Assembly (NCBI GenBank): GCA_963796455.1
Contig: CAWCLO010000006.1
Span: 128,001-192,000 of the forward strand
Length of the DNA stretch: 64,000 bases
Source of the DNA: Candidatus Sulfomarinibacteraceae bacterium
Lineage (GTDB): Bacteria; Acidobacteriota; Thermoanaerobaculia; Thermoanaerobaculales; Sulfomarinibacteraceae
Direction of reading: 5' to 3'
The position numbers and the translations under genes are program-made. Below, in pieces: positions 1 to 10,052 of the stretch. Position 1 is the stretch's first letter. The number at the start of each line of letters is the position of its first letter. The notes below the pieces were generated by a model. That model made no database searches. It worked only from the letters and a program-made list of their open reading frames with translations, and had not been told where the DNA came from.

Positions 1-156
1 CTTGAGCCCGAGCCCGTAGAGCCAGGCGCGGGCACAGGTCGCCGCCCGGTAATCAAGCTCCGAATAGCTCAGTCGCTGCCCGGTTGCGACCTCGACGATG
101 GCGGTCTTGTTCGGCGACAAACGGCTGCGTTCACCTACAATGTCGGCACAGATCAC
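1..156 (-). CDS. Acyl-CoA synthetase / AMP-binding enzyme, N-terminal part (runs off window)
   Basis: Not in the ORF track. GTG at 156 overlaps the hydrolase TGA (GTGA). Manual translation MICADIVGERSRLSPNKTAIVEVATGQRLSYSELDYRAA resembles the N-terminus of the ligase at 6387-7923 (RRASLTPNKTALID...ITYREL). Confidence 0.75.
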   Translation of the reverse strand, partial: MICADIVGERSRLSPNKTAIVEVATGQRLSYSELDYRAATCARAWLYGLGLK

Positions 157-1115
157 GGCGAAAGCTCCTGCCTCCATGCCTCCTCAGGGGGAGTATCGAG
201 AGCCGTCCGCAAAGCCTCGGCAAAGAGATCGGGGCATTCGCGATGCGGCACATGACCGCAGCCGGGAACCACGTGGAGCCGCGCCCTCGGCAGACCCTCG
301 AGCAGTCGATCGGCATATTCCATCGTCATCAAACCGTCGGAGTCACCCCACACCAGTTCGACCGGTGCGACGACAGTGGTCAGACGATCATCGAGAAGAT
401 AGTTGTTGATCTTTCCACCCATGTTCGCGAGGCTTCCGGCGAACCGTCCGGCCGGCCCTTCCCGGGAATGGCGGACGACATCGTCGAGAACAAAATCCGG
501 TACCGGCGGGGTCGACGGGCCCATCAAGGCCTTCATGGTCTCTCGGGCTTCCTCGCGGTTCGCCGGAAAGATATTGACCGTCGAATCATTCTGTCGGATG
601 GCGCCGCCGTTGACCAGTACCAGCCGCAATACGCGATCGGGGTAATCCCTGGCATAGAGCATGGCCACCCACGCTCCCATCGAATTCCCGACGAGCACGG
701 CCTGCTCGTCAGCGCACACCGTTTCCATCAACACGTCGACCGCCCCGCGCAAGGTTTCGATACCGAGCGGACCATCCTGGGGATCGCTCTTCCAGTGGCC
801 GGGCAGATCGGGAATCACGACCCGGTAGTCATCGACGAAGGTGGGCACGGCTCGAGCCCAGGCGCCGGCCTGGTCTCCCGCTCCGTGCAAGAGGATCATG
901 CACGGGCCCGATCCTGCCTCCCAGACGGTCATTCCGCCGGCGGGGGTCCTTACAGTCGTCTTGTCGAACCCGTGCCGGGTCAACGCCATCCGACTGAAGG
1001 ACGCATCGATCTTGAGCGGCCGCTTCCATACCATCCACGAAGTCACGATGATGCCGATGACGATGAGGATTCCGAACCCAAGCAGGACTTTCAGAATTTT
1101 TTTACCCATCGACAT
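153..1115 (-). CDS. Alpha/beta-fold hydrolase with N-terminal membrane anchor
   Basis: LLHGAG, DLPGHW, nucleophile elbow GNSMG, WGDSD, GCGHVPH; hydrophobic N-terminal helix. Confidence 0.9.
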   Translation of the reverse strand: MSMGKKILKVLLGFGILIVIGIIVTSWMVWKRPLKIDASFSRMALTRHGFDKTTVRTPAGGMTVWEAGSGPCMILLHGAGDQAGAWARAVPTFVDDYRVVIPDLPGHWKSDPQDGPLGIETLRGAVDVLMETVCADEQAVLVGNSMGAWVAMLYARDYPDRVLRLVLVNGGAIRQNDSTVNIFPANREEARETMKALMGPSTPPVPDFVLDDVVRHSREGPAGRFAGSLANMGGKINNYLLDDRLTTVVAPVELVWGDSDGLMTMEYADRLLEGLPRARLHVVPGCGHVPHRECPDLFAEALRTALDTPPEEAWRQELSP

Positions 1116-1207
1116 CCCCCAAATCCAGGAAAGTGTTGAATATCGAGTTGCAAGATCTGAGTTGGGCCCTCTTCGTCACGCGCTTCACTGCGGTGGGCGG
1201 GATCTCG

Positions 1208-1228
1208 AAACTCAAAACTCAAAACTCA
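1208..1228. repeat. (AAACTCA)x3 heptamer repeat
   Basis: Directly visible in the intergenic region. Confidence 0.8.
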
Positions 1229-1267
1229 AATCTGATTCTGTCCTTCTTCGACACCAACCGATTTTTT

Positions 1268-2257
1268 TCAACGCATCCTGAACGCCGCTCCCGCTTGGTT
1301 ATACCCTACTCCAGATCCGACGAGCACGAGCAAATCACCCGAAGAGATCTTGCCCTGCTCGATTGCGTCATCGAGCGCAATCGGCACACAGGCCGACCCG
1401 GTGTATCCCCACTTCTCCATCACCGTGTGGGTTTTCTCCATCGGCAGACCGAGATCCGACAGGACCAACTCGATGGATGGCTTGCGGACCTGGGTAAAGA
1501 TCGTGAAGTCGATCTCCGAGAGTTCGAAGCCTCCATTGGCCGCCAGTGATCGCACGACCTTCGGCCAGCCCTCGTGGTTCACTTCAGGAGGATAGCGCTC
1601 GACCATGCGGACCGCCGTTCGACCGGCTCGCACAGCTTCTTCGGTGGCGGGCTCGAAAGTCGCACCCGCGTAGACCCCCCAGTGGGCGTGGTACGCCCCG
1701 TCGGCACGCATCGCCGAAGAGACAAAGCCTGGTTCGTCTGAGGGTTCGAAGACCGCCGCTCCGGATCCGTCACCATAAAAAAAGATCATCGGGTCATCGG
1801 GCGCAGCCAATTTCTGCATGTTGTAGACACCGACGACCAGCACGGTCTTCAATGCCGGGTTCGATGCGATGAGCCCCGAGGCGATCGCGGCACCGGTCGG
1901 GAACGAGGCGCAGGCGCAGCCCACGTCAAAGGTCCCTGCGTTGACGGCCCCCAGTTTGTGTTGCAGAACCACCGAGGTTGCCGGAGTCGTGTAATCGGGT
2001 GAGTCGGTACCGAGAATGACGAGGTCGACGTCCTCCGGCCGGCGCCCCGCCTTTTCCAGGGCCTGTCGCGCCGCCGGCAACGCGATATCCGACGCACACC
2101 AATCCTCCGGCGCCCACCAGCGAGTGCGAATCGACGACGACTCCTCCATCTTGTCGACAAAGTCGGGGATGTGGGCAAAGCGCTCGCGGAGTTGGTCGTT
2201 GGAAACTTCGTTTTCCGGGATATATCGGCCTGTAGCAACGATTGTTGCGTATCTCAT
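1268..2257 (-). CDS. 3-oxoacyl-ACP synthase III (FabH-like), non-canonical active site
   Basis: Thiolase-fold motifs GTDSPD, FDVGCACASF (catalytic Cys), GDGSGAAV, GSGVGY. The usual HQAN reads TQVR and GNT reads GYT. Confidence 0.9.
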   Translation of the reverse strand: MRYATIVATGRYIPENEVSNDQLRERFAHIPDFVDKMEESSSIRTRWWAPEDWCASDIALPAARQALEKAGRRPEDVDLVILGTDSPDYTTPATSVVLQHKLGAVNAGTFDVGCACASFPTGAAIASGLIASNPALKTVLVVGVYNMQKLAAPDDPMIFFYGDGSGAAVFEPSDEPGFVSSAMRADGAYHAHWGVYAGATFEPATEEAVRAGRTAVRMVERYPPEVNHEGWPKVVRSLAANGGFELSEIDFTIFTQVRKPSIELVLSDLGLPMEKTHTVMEKWGYTGSACVPIALDDAIEQGKISSGDLLVLVGSGVGYNQAGAAFRMR

Positions 2258-2265
2258 GAAAATTC

Positions 2266-2349
2266 CTTTCCGATCCCATTCCCGATCCCGCTCCCGATCC
2301 CGGACCGAAGGATGATTTCGGGAACGGGAGCGGGAACGGGAGCGGGAAA
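2266..2349. repeat. Inverted hexamer arrays (TCCCGN)n / (CGGGAN)n able to form a hairpin
   Basis: ttcccgatcccgctcccgatcccg ... cgggaacgggagcgggaacgggagcgggaa between the SDR and KAS III genes. Confidence 0.75.
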
Positions 2350-2356
2350 GGAGGGA

Positions 2357-3139
2357 CTAGGTCCCAATCACCAATCCACCATCAATCGAGAAGGTGGCGC
2401 CCGTGACCCACGTCGCCGCATCCGAGGCCAACCAGAGATAGGCGTTGGCGATGTCGGCGGTGTCGCCGATCCGCCCCATCGGGGTATGGGCGACCATGCC
2501 GTCGAGGACCTTTTGCGGCATCGCCTCGATGATCTCGGTCAACACGAAGCCCGGCGCCACGGCGTTGACCCGAATTCCAAAGCGGCCCAATTCGCGGGCC
2601 CAGGTCTTGGTCATCCCGATGACACCGGCCTTGGTGGCCACGTAGTTGGTCTGACCGAAATTCCCGTTGAGACAGGCAACCGACGATGCGTTGAGAACAA
2701 CGCCGCCTCCGCGGGCGATCAAGTGGGGCGCGGCCGCACGGGTGCAGTGAAATACCCCCTTGAGATTGACGTTGAGAACGGCGTCCCACTGGTCGTCGGT
2801 CATCCGCGCCACCACCTCGCCATCCTTGAACTTGACGAGCTGTCCGTCTCGAACGATCCCTGCATTGTTGACCAACACATCGAGACCGCCCCATCGGTCC
2901 ACCACATCCGCGATCGCCGTCTCCACCTGGCCGGCGTGAGCGACATCGACTTTTTGAAAAAAGCCTTCACCCCCGGCCGCATTCAGGGCCGCAACGACCT
3001 CGTCGGCCACCGCTTCGTTGACGTCCCACGCCGCCACCTTCGCGCCTTCCGCAGCAAAGGCCAGTGCCGTCGCCCGGCCGATGCCTGCAGCAGCGCCAGT
3101 GACGATCACGACCTTGTTTTTGAGTCCGGTTTCGATCAT
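2357..3139 (-). CDS. fabG: Short-chain dehydrogenase, 3-oxoacyl-ACP/acetoacetyl-CoA reductase family (FabG-like)
   Basis: TGAAAGIG, NNAG, YVATK catalytic motif, VAPGF. Start placed at ATG 3139 after the GGAGG SD. Confidence 0.85.
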   Translation of the reverse strand: MIETGLKNKVVIVTGAAAGIGRATALAFAAEGAKVAAWDVNEAVADEVVAALNAAGGEGFFQKVDVAHAGQVETAIADVVDRWGGLDVLVNNAGIVRDGQLVKFKDGEVVARMTDDQWDAVLNVNLKGVFHCTRAAAPHLIARGGGVVLNASSVACLNGNFGQTNYVATKAGVIGMTKTWARELGRFGIRVNAVAPGFVLTEIIEAMPQKVLDGMVAHTPMGRIGDTADIANAYLWLASDAATWVTGATFSIDGGLVIGT

Positions 3140-3227
3140 GTCTCCTCCTTCACACACCTGGGGCCCCGGATGATCTGGAGCCGGCAGACAGCAGGTGCCC
3201 GGTCGACGCGTCGACGCCGATCAGACG

Positions 3228-3262
3228 AAAAAAAACGGGGGCGCCTGTCCGGCGCCCCCGTT
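3228..3262 (-). terminator. Intrinsic terminator after the TonB receptor gene
   Basis: Stem CGGGGGCGCC / GGCGCCCCCG with an A8 tract (U tract on the - strand). Confidence 0.85.
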
Positions 3263-3270
3263 GGATTACA

Positions 3271-5533
3271 TCAGAAGAAGCGCCACTCGAGGGTCGCCAC
3301 AAATGTCTGCGGGGCTCCATACGATCCCTGGAGAATTCCGAGCGCCGGAATGTTGTATCCGTTGGTCAGGTACTCCTCGTCGAGGAGGTTCTTGCCGCTG
3401 ATACCGAACCGCCACTTGGCGTTGCCCGACAGCCACGAAATCCAGGCGTCAACCAAACCGAAGGAAGGCTGAACGATCGGATCGACCCCCTCGTTGGTCA
3501 GAATCGACTCATCTCGATAGCTGTAGCCGACACTGGCGGTGATCAAACCGCCGAAGGCCGGGAAGTCGAAGTTGCCGCGGATGGCGCCGGTCAACTCCGG
3601 TGCGTTGGTGATCACCTGGGCATCGAGAACGCCGTCCTCGTTTTCGTCCAAGAAATCCGGGTCTGTATGCAGATACGCGAGGAAAGCCCGAAAGACCAAA
3701 CCAGGATCTCGAGGCCCAGTTGTACTCAACCTCGACTCCACTGACGGTGGCGTCGCCAGCGTTGAGGAAGTTGCCGAAGAAGGCATCGTTCGTGCCGTCG
3801 CCATTCGAATCGTAATCGGTGAACGTGCTGACCTGGATGTCGGTGTAGTCGCCGTAGAAGACGGCGCTGTTGAGGACCAGCGACCGGTTCGCGAGTACCG
3901 TCTTGACCCCGACCTCTGCCACCGTCATGACTTCGTCGTCAAACGGCAGGCCGGACTCCGGAAAGACGGTTTCCTGGGCGCGGACGTTGTAACCACCGCT
4001 CTTGAAACCCCGATTGACCTTGAAGTAGCCCATCACGTCCGGGCTGAATTGGTAGTCCAGACCGAGCTTGGGTGCCCACGAGGTGAATGTCACCTCGTCG
4101 TCGAAGTCCGCGGTGACCAACCAGTAATCGGTGTAGGTGTTGTCGGTGTTGTAGACGTTGAAGGCCCGGCCGTGCTTGGTCTCCCGTGTCGGCCGCAGCC
4201 CCACGTTGAGAGTCAGACGATCGGTGAGCCTGAAGCTGCCGTCGGCGTACAGGGCGTAGGACTTGGTGTCGATATCTCCCTCAGTGGTTACAAAAGTGCT
4301 GCCGACAAAGGTGGCGTTCACCCTTCCACCCGCCGTGCCGTCGAAGTAGTAGAGGCCGAGAACGCCGCTCCATTTATCGGAACCGGTGAAGACAAGCTGA
4401 AACTCCTGCGTCGTCTGGTCGTCGAAGTAGACCGCCGGACCTGTGTCGACGATCGGCGCAGGTGTGGTGTCGAAGTCGATGTTGTTCTGGGCGTCATTCT
4501 CCCGGTGGGCGGTAATGGACTTGAACTGCAGCGCCGGGTTGATGTCCCAGGTCAGCGTCAACGAGTAACCCGTCGAGTCCGTGCTGTTGATCGGCGCGAG
4601 GCCGCTCTCGGTATCGAAGAGGTTGTCATATGGCGGACACGCTCCAATACCGAAAAGAGGACAGAGAGGGTTGGCCGCGAGGCGGGTCAGGCCGACCGGT
4701 TCCGCCCTATCTTCGGTATGATCGTAATCGGCCCGAATCGATACCTTGTCCGAGAGCAGCCACTGCAGGCCGAGACGGTAAGCGGTGGTGTCCTTGTCCG
4801 AGACGTCCCTGTTCTGGTAGGTATTTTCTCCGTAGCCGTCACGGGTGAGCTTCGCAAAAGAGGCTTTTCCCCGAAGCTTGCCAGCGACGATCGGCCCGGC
4901 AATCGTTCCCCGAAATTCCTGGGTGCCCCAGGTCCCGGGGTTCCACGTGATACGTCCTTCTGCGGTATCCGTCAGCGGCCTGGTCACGTATTTGATGGCG
5001 CCACCGATAGTGTTCTTGCCATAGAGGGTCCCCTGCGGGCCGCGCAGGACCTCCACTCGCTCGACATCATAGACATCGAGCAAGGCGCCCTGCGGGCGCG
5101 CAACGTAGACATCATCGATATAGAGGCCGACGCCGGGATCCACGCCCCACAACGGGTCCGCCTGGCCCACGCCGCGGATGAACGCCGTCAGCGTGGTCGA
5201 TTGGTTGCGGCCCTGATAGATCGAGAGGTTGGGGACATAGCTCTCGAGCTCACTAATGGTCGTGGCGGCAATATCCTGGAGCTGAGGGCCACCAACCACC
5301 GAAACTGCAATCGGTATTTCCTGTAAGGCCTCTTCACGCCGTCGCGAGGTGACGGTGATCTCGCCGGCAAACGGCTGCCGATCGAGCGCTTCCTGAATAG
5401 CCTTTTCTTCTTCGGTCTGAACGGTCTCATCGGTCCCTTCTTCGGCTTCCTGAGCCAAAGCCGGAACGGCGAAACAGACCAACACGGCCAGTACCGCTAC
5501 CAACAAAAACATCGGTTTCACGCGATCACTCAT
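3271..5533 (-). CDS. TonB-dependent receptor (one frameshift near 3684)
   Basis: Signal peptide, ITVTSRRRE, plug motif EVLRGPQGTLYGKNTIGGAI, GFKSGG, C-terminal ..LEWRFF. ORFs 3509-5533 and 3271-3804 join if one T is removed (SGF-LAYLHTD). Confidence 0.85.
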
Positions 5534-6222
5534 TGTTTCCTCCCCTTCTCGAAGTTGGCGCCCTCCGCTACTGTCGAATCCGGCGGATCAGCCGGATCTT
5601 TGAGCAGCCCGCGACGCAAAATGCGGATAAAACCATCAACAGCCTGACTGGCGTCCATCCCGAAGTGCATGGGTACGCCAAAACATTTCTCGACGGTATA
5701 AAAGTAAAAAAGCCAGCGCGTCGCGACCATCACAGCCACCATGGGGTCGGCGTCGGTCAGACGGCCCTGGCGCCGGAGTTCTTCGAAGCGCGGTCCATAG
5801 GCCGCTTTGAAACGATCCGCCATGGACTCGTAGAAATAGCGAATGTGCCGGCCCTGGAACTCGATCACATCGATGAAGACGAGCAGGATCGAGGCCTTGT
5901 TCTGCTCGACCGTGAACTCGATCGCGGCCGCCAGCTTTTCGAGATCATCCGGGAAGTCGGCTCCGACAAAAACCTTCTGCAATGGGTGCGCGGGATCGAG
6001 CAACCGCGCCCAGTAATCATCGATGAGCTGTTGGAAGATCTTTTCCTTGGAGCCGAAGTGGTGGTAGAGGTTTCCCACCGACTGGTCGCAGGCCTCTGCA
6101 ATCTGCCGCATCGAGGTGGCGCCGTAACCCTGGGTCGAGAAGAGCTCGAGCGCCACCTCCAACACCTTGGTGGTGGCAACTTCCGACCTCGCGGCCTGGC
6201 GTCCGTTTGATCCTCTGGGCAT
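5530..6222 (-). CDS. TetR/AcrR family transcriptional regulator
   Basis: N-terminal HTH ALELFSTQGYGATSMRQIA...GNLYHHFGSKE; stop overlaps the TonB receptor start. Confidence 0.95.
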   Translation of the reverse strand: MPRGSNGRQAARSEVATTKVLEVALELFSTQGYGATSMRQIAEACDQSVGNLYHHFGSKEKIFQQLIDDYWARLLDPAHPLQKVFVGADFPDDLEKLAAAIEFTVEQNKASILLVFIDVIEFQGRHIRYFYESMADRFKAAYGPRFEELRRQGRLTDADPMVAVMVATRWLFYFYTVEKCFGVPMHFGMDASQAVDGFIRILRRGLLKDPADPPDSTVAEGANFEKGRKQ

Positions 6223-6235
6223 ATCCTTTAAAAAC

Positions 6236-6280
6236 CGAACGTTCGTTAGGTAACCTATGCTCTGAGATCCAGATTGTCAA
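6236..6280 (-). promoter_or_regulatory. Sigma-70-type promoter with a palindromic candidate TetR operator
   Basis: TTGACA (6280-6275), 17 bp, TAGGTT (6257-6252); perfect palindrome CGAACGTTCG at 6236-6245 near the expected +1. Confidence 0.65.
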
Positions 6281-6386
6281 GCCGCACGGGAGGAGACAAA
6301 CCTCCGACGGCGGCGATCCGTGGCCGAGCCCGGGAAGGATGGGTAGGTGGAGGCCTACCGATCGGCCCGGACCAAAATATCCCCAC

Positions 6387-7923
6387 TCAATCCACCGAAA
6401 TCTCTGTGAGGCGCTTCTTGTCGATCTTGCCGGCGGCGGTCTTGGGCAATTCCTCCGCAATCACCACCGACTTCGGGATCTTGAATCGGGCCAATCGCTC
6501 GCTGCAAAAGGCGATCAGCTCGTCGGCGCGGAGTTCGCAGTTCGGCCTCACCACTACGAAGGCGCGGCCCACCTCGCCCCAGGTGTTGTCGGCAACCCCG
6601 ATCAGCGCCGCCTGCGCCACCGCCGGATGCTCGTGTAGCACGCTCTCCACCTCGGCCGGATAGACGTTTTCGCCGCCGGATTTGATCATGTCCTTCTCAC
6701 GCCCGACGATCCAGTGGCAGCCGTCGGCGTCCCGGCGCGCCAGGTCCCCGGTGCGCAGCCAGCCGTCAGGGCCGATGGCCGCCGCGCTCTCCTCCGTTTT
6801 TCTCCAGTAGCCGTCGCACACGTGGGGCCCCCGGATCAGGAGCTCTCCGACTTCGTCGGAACCGCACTCGCCGCCGGCGGCGCCCTCGATCCTAACGTCT
6901 ACGTGGAACAACGGGTAGCCGACTGCTCCCGGCTTTCCTCGCCGCTCCTCCGGTGGCATCCAGAAGTTGTTGGGCCCGGCCTCGGTCAGGCCGTAGCCGG
7001 TGAAGAGCTCGACCCCGCGCTCTCTGAAACCGGTCGATCACCGGCTCCGGGCAGGATGCGCCGCCACTGCCACAGATCTTCATCCGGGAGAAGTCGGCCT
7101 CCTGCCAACGCGGGTGCTGCTGCATCATGATGTACATGGTCGGCACCCCGACCAGCAGGGACACCTCACGGTCCCGGATCAGGTCGAAAGTGTGATCCAG
7201 ATCGAAGGTGCGGCAGACGATCGAGGTGCCGCCGACGTGGACAAGCGGTGCGGTGAATACGTTGAATCCGCCGGTGTGGAAAAGCGGCATCTGGAGAATC
7301 GCCACGTCGTCGCCGGTCAAACCCCAGCTGACCACCGTGTTGATCGAGTTGGCCGTGATCGACCGGTGCGTCAGGACCGCGCCCTTGGGGAAGCCCGTGG
7401 TGCCGCCGGTATAGCAGATGGCCCAAGCATCGTTCCAACCCAGGTCCGCTTCGGGCGGCTCACTGTCGGCACACTCTTCGCGGTCGATGAATTTCGTGTC
7501 GGAATCTGTCTGATGCTCGCCGAGAGCCACAAAGTGTTTGACACAGGCAACCTGTCCGCGCAGTTCATCTACCACTCCGGCAAAGTCAGGTCCATACACC
7601 AGCACGCGAGGGGTTGCGTCTGCCACCAGGGCTGCCAGCTCCCGCGGGGTCAAACGCCAGTTGAGCAACTGGATCACGGCTCCGATCTTGCCGCAGGCAA
7701 ACCACAGATCCAGGTACTCGACGCAGTTCATTGCGAGCACCGCGACCCGGTCGCCACGCTCCACGTACAGACGCTGCCGAAGGAAATGAGCTGTGCGGTT
7801 GGTCTGGTGGTTCAACTCGCGGTAGGTGATCTGCCGGTCTCCGTCGTTGGTGTCGATCAACGCGGTTTTGTTCGGAGTCAGGGAGGCCCTACGGGTCAGC
7901 CAGCTGTTCACGTACATCCGCAC
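6387..7923 (-). CDS. Long-chain acyl-CoA synthetase (one frameshift near 7028)
   Basis: YTGGTTGFPKG, GYGLTEAG (after the frameshift), RTGD, GREKDMIKSGGENVYPAEVE, PKTAAGKIDK. Confidence 0.9.
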
Positions 7924-7948
7924 CTCCTCCGGCGTTCTCGACGGCCCG

Positions 7949-8980
7949 TCAACCCCACCTCACCACCGACGCCGACCAGGCGTAGCCGACGCCCGCAGCC
8001 ACCATTACCATCACCATCTCGTCGCGCAAGCGGCCCGACTCCAGTCCCAAAATTATCGAAAGCGGCTGGTCTTGCTGGCCGATATGTCCGTACTCGTTCA
8101 GGTGGGTCGCCTGCTCTTCGGTCAGACCGAGCTCTTGCAGGATGAATCGGTGGGCTGAAGGCTTGAGATGAAGCACGTTGAGGTAGCCGATGTCGGCCCT
8201 GCCGAGGCCACTCCTCTCGAGCGCGCGATCAACCACGTGCAGGAAGTTGTCCATGGAAACAGCGTCGAGCCGGCGCTTCATGGCGTCGGGATTGGGGCAG
8301 TCCAGTCGGTTGCGCCCCTCGGCGATGGCCTCGGCCGAGATCGGCTCTACCGTTCCGCCGACCGGGATGATGACGTCGCGGGAAAACGAACCGTCAACGA
8401 CGACCTCCGACTCCAGCAGGCGGTTCCTCGGGTGGCCCTTCTGCAACAGAATCGCCCCACCGCCCGCCGCAAGACTGAAAAGGAAACGTGCCCGTTGGTT
8501 CGTGTAGTCGACCCAGTCGCCGTTGCGGTAGCCTCCCGCGATCAGCACCGTTTTCAGGTCTGGGTCGCCCAGCATCATCGCCTTCGCCATCTTGAGCACC
8601 GCCATCGTGGTCGCACATCGCATCTGAACGTCGATCGCCCAGGCCCGCCGCGCACCGAGGTCGTACGCAAGCTTGACTCCCGCCGTCCACAGCGGGAACT
8701 CCTTCCATTCCTCGGTGGTACACAGGACCAGGTCGATCTCCTCCGGGTCCAACCCGGCCCGTTTGACCGCGTCCTCGGCGGCCCACAGCCCCATGGCGTT
8801 GGTGTGGTCGCCGGGGCCCGCCACCGGCTTTCGGGTGATACCCATTTTGCGGATGACGACATCCTCTGGAACTCCCGATCGCTCGGCGATTTCCGCTGCC
8901 GTGATGAAGGTCTCGGGTATGTAGACCCCGGCCGACAGGATGCCGATCGGCGGCGCGGGATCAATCTCCGGCGCGCTCAC
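7949..8980 (-). CDS. Second KAS III-like condensing enzyme (Cys-His-His type)
   Basis: IGILSAGVYIP, DVQMRCAT (Cys), LHLKPSAH, YGHIGQQD, AAGVGYAW. GTG 8980 overlaps the upstream TGA. Confidence 0.85.
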   Translation of the reverse strand: MSAPEIDPAPPIGILSAGVYIPETFITAAEIAERSGVPEDVVIRKMGITRKPVAGPGDHTNAMGLWAAEDAVKRAGLDPEEIDLVLCTTEEWKEFPLWTAGVKLAYDLGARRAWAIDVQMRCATTMAVLKMAKAMMLGDPDLKTVLIAGGYRNGDWVDYTNQRARFLFSLAAGGGAILLQKGHPRNRLLESEVVVDGSFSRDVIIPVGGTVEPISAEAIAEGRNRLDCPNPDAMKRRLDAVSMDNFLHVVDRALERSGLGRADIGYLNVLHLKPSAHRFILQELGLTEEQATHLNEYGHIGQQDQPLSIILGLESGRLRDEMVMVMVAAGVGYAWSASVVRWG

Positions 8981-9798
8981 CGTCCCGCACTCTCGCCGGG
9001 CGCGGTGAGGAAGTCCAGGACCGCCTGGTTGAATCGATCCCGCTGGTCGAAGGAGCACGCGTGCCCGGATTCCTCGAGGATCACCACCTTTGCATTTGGG
9101 ATCAGTTCGCCCAGAATTCGGGCGTTGGCAGCCGGCGACACCCGGTCCGATTCCCCATGCACAATCAGGGTCGGAGAGGTGATCGTGGGCAGCCGATCCT
9201 CGCGGTGAAAGCCCTTGATCGCCCCCCGCTGCCTCTTGAAGGCGGATGGCGGTTGCGGGTGGGCAACCCGCCAGGCCACGTACTCCTCGACTTCGCCGGG
9301 GTTGTCCTCCATCCAACGATGGTGGGCAAAAATTGAAAACGCCCTGCGCGTATCTGTTGCCGGGTCGCCCGTCCTGCGCAGGCGAAACATCATCGGAATC
9401 AGTTTCCACACCGATGGTCGGACGCTCCTCGGGCCGTTGCTGGTGGTGCAGACCAGCACCAAACGGTCCACCATCTCAGCATGGGATAGCACCAACTCCT
9501 GGGCAACCAGCCCGCCCAGCGACGCCCCCACCACATGCGCCCTCTCAATCTCGAGGACTCTCATCAGACCCACTGTGTCGGCCACGAACATCGGAATCGA
9601 GTACGGCTCGTCCGGTTTGTCCGACTCACCGGACCCCCGGTTGTCAAACACCACCACCCGGAATCTCTCCGAAAACACCGGCACCTGCTTCGACCACAGA
9701 TAGGTGTCGGCACCCAAACCACCGATCATCACCAGCGGCGGTCCGGATCCGTGCTCCTCGTAGTGGATCCCGATACCGTTGACATCGACTTTCGGCAT
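8977..9798 (-). CDS. Alpha/beta-fold hydrolase
   Basis: MPKVDVNGIGIHYEEHGSGPPL, FDNRGSG, GASLGG, HGESD, SGH. Confidence 0.9.
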   Translation of the reverse strand: MPKVDVNGIGIHYEEHGSGPPLVMIGGLGADTYLWSKQVPVFSERFRVVVFDNRGSGESDKPDEPYSIPMFVADTVGLMRVLEIERAHVVGASLGGLVAQELVLSHAEMVDRLVLVCTTSNGPRSVRPSVWKLIPMMFRLRRTGDPATDTRRAFSIFAHHRWMEDNPGEVEEYVAWRVAHPQPPSAFKRQRGAIKGFHREDRLPTITSPTLIVHGESDRVSPAANARILGELIPNAKVVILEESGHACSFDQRDRFNQAVLDFLTAPGESAGR

Positions 9799-9950
9799 GC
9801 AAGCCCCCGTTTCCCCAACCCGAATGATCCGACGATCATACGACCACCCTCCTGCCTTCGCCAGGCTCTCCGGATCTGAAAAGCACTGGTATTCCTCCTG
9901 GGCTTGCCACCACCAAACCTGCTTCCAGCCCCTAGAGCCCTGAAGGAGCG

Positions 9951-9998
9951 ACAGGGAATAGCGTCGGGAGTCAGCTGACACCCCAGGCTATTCCCTGT
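9951..9998. repeat. Long inverted repeat / hairpin downstream of rnr
   Basis: ACAGGGAATAGC ... GCTATTCCCTGT arms with inner GTCA/TGAC pairing; no U tract. Confidence 0.65.
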
Positions 9999-10052
9999 GG
10001 CCGGTCCGCGGCACGCTCGACCCTCAGTCACCCAAACAGCGGCGACAGAGGC

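Noticed and set aside
3539..5326. Long antisense ORFs (also 10587-11972, 48671-49921 and others)
   Set aside because: Shadow frames of real genes in high-GC DNA, with no motifs.
8981..9409. N-terminal extension of KAS III-B in the ORF track
   Set aside because: It overlaps the hydrolase gene; GTG 8980 coupled to the hydrolase stop is the better start.
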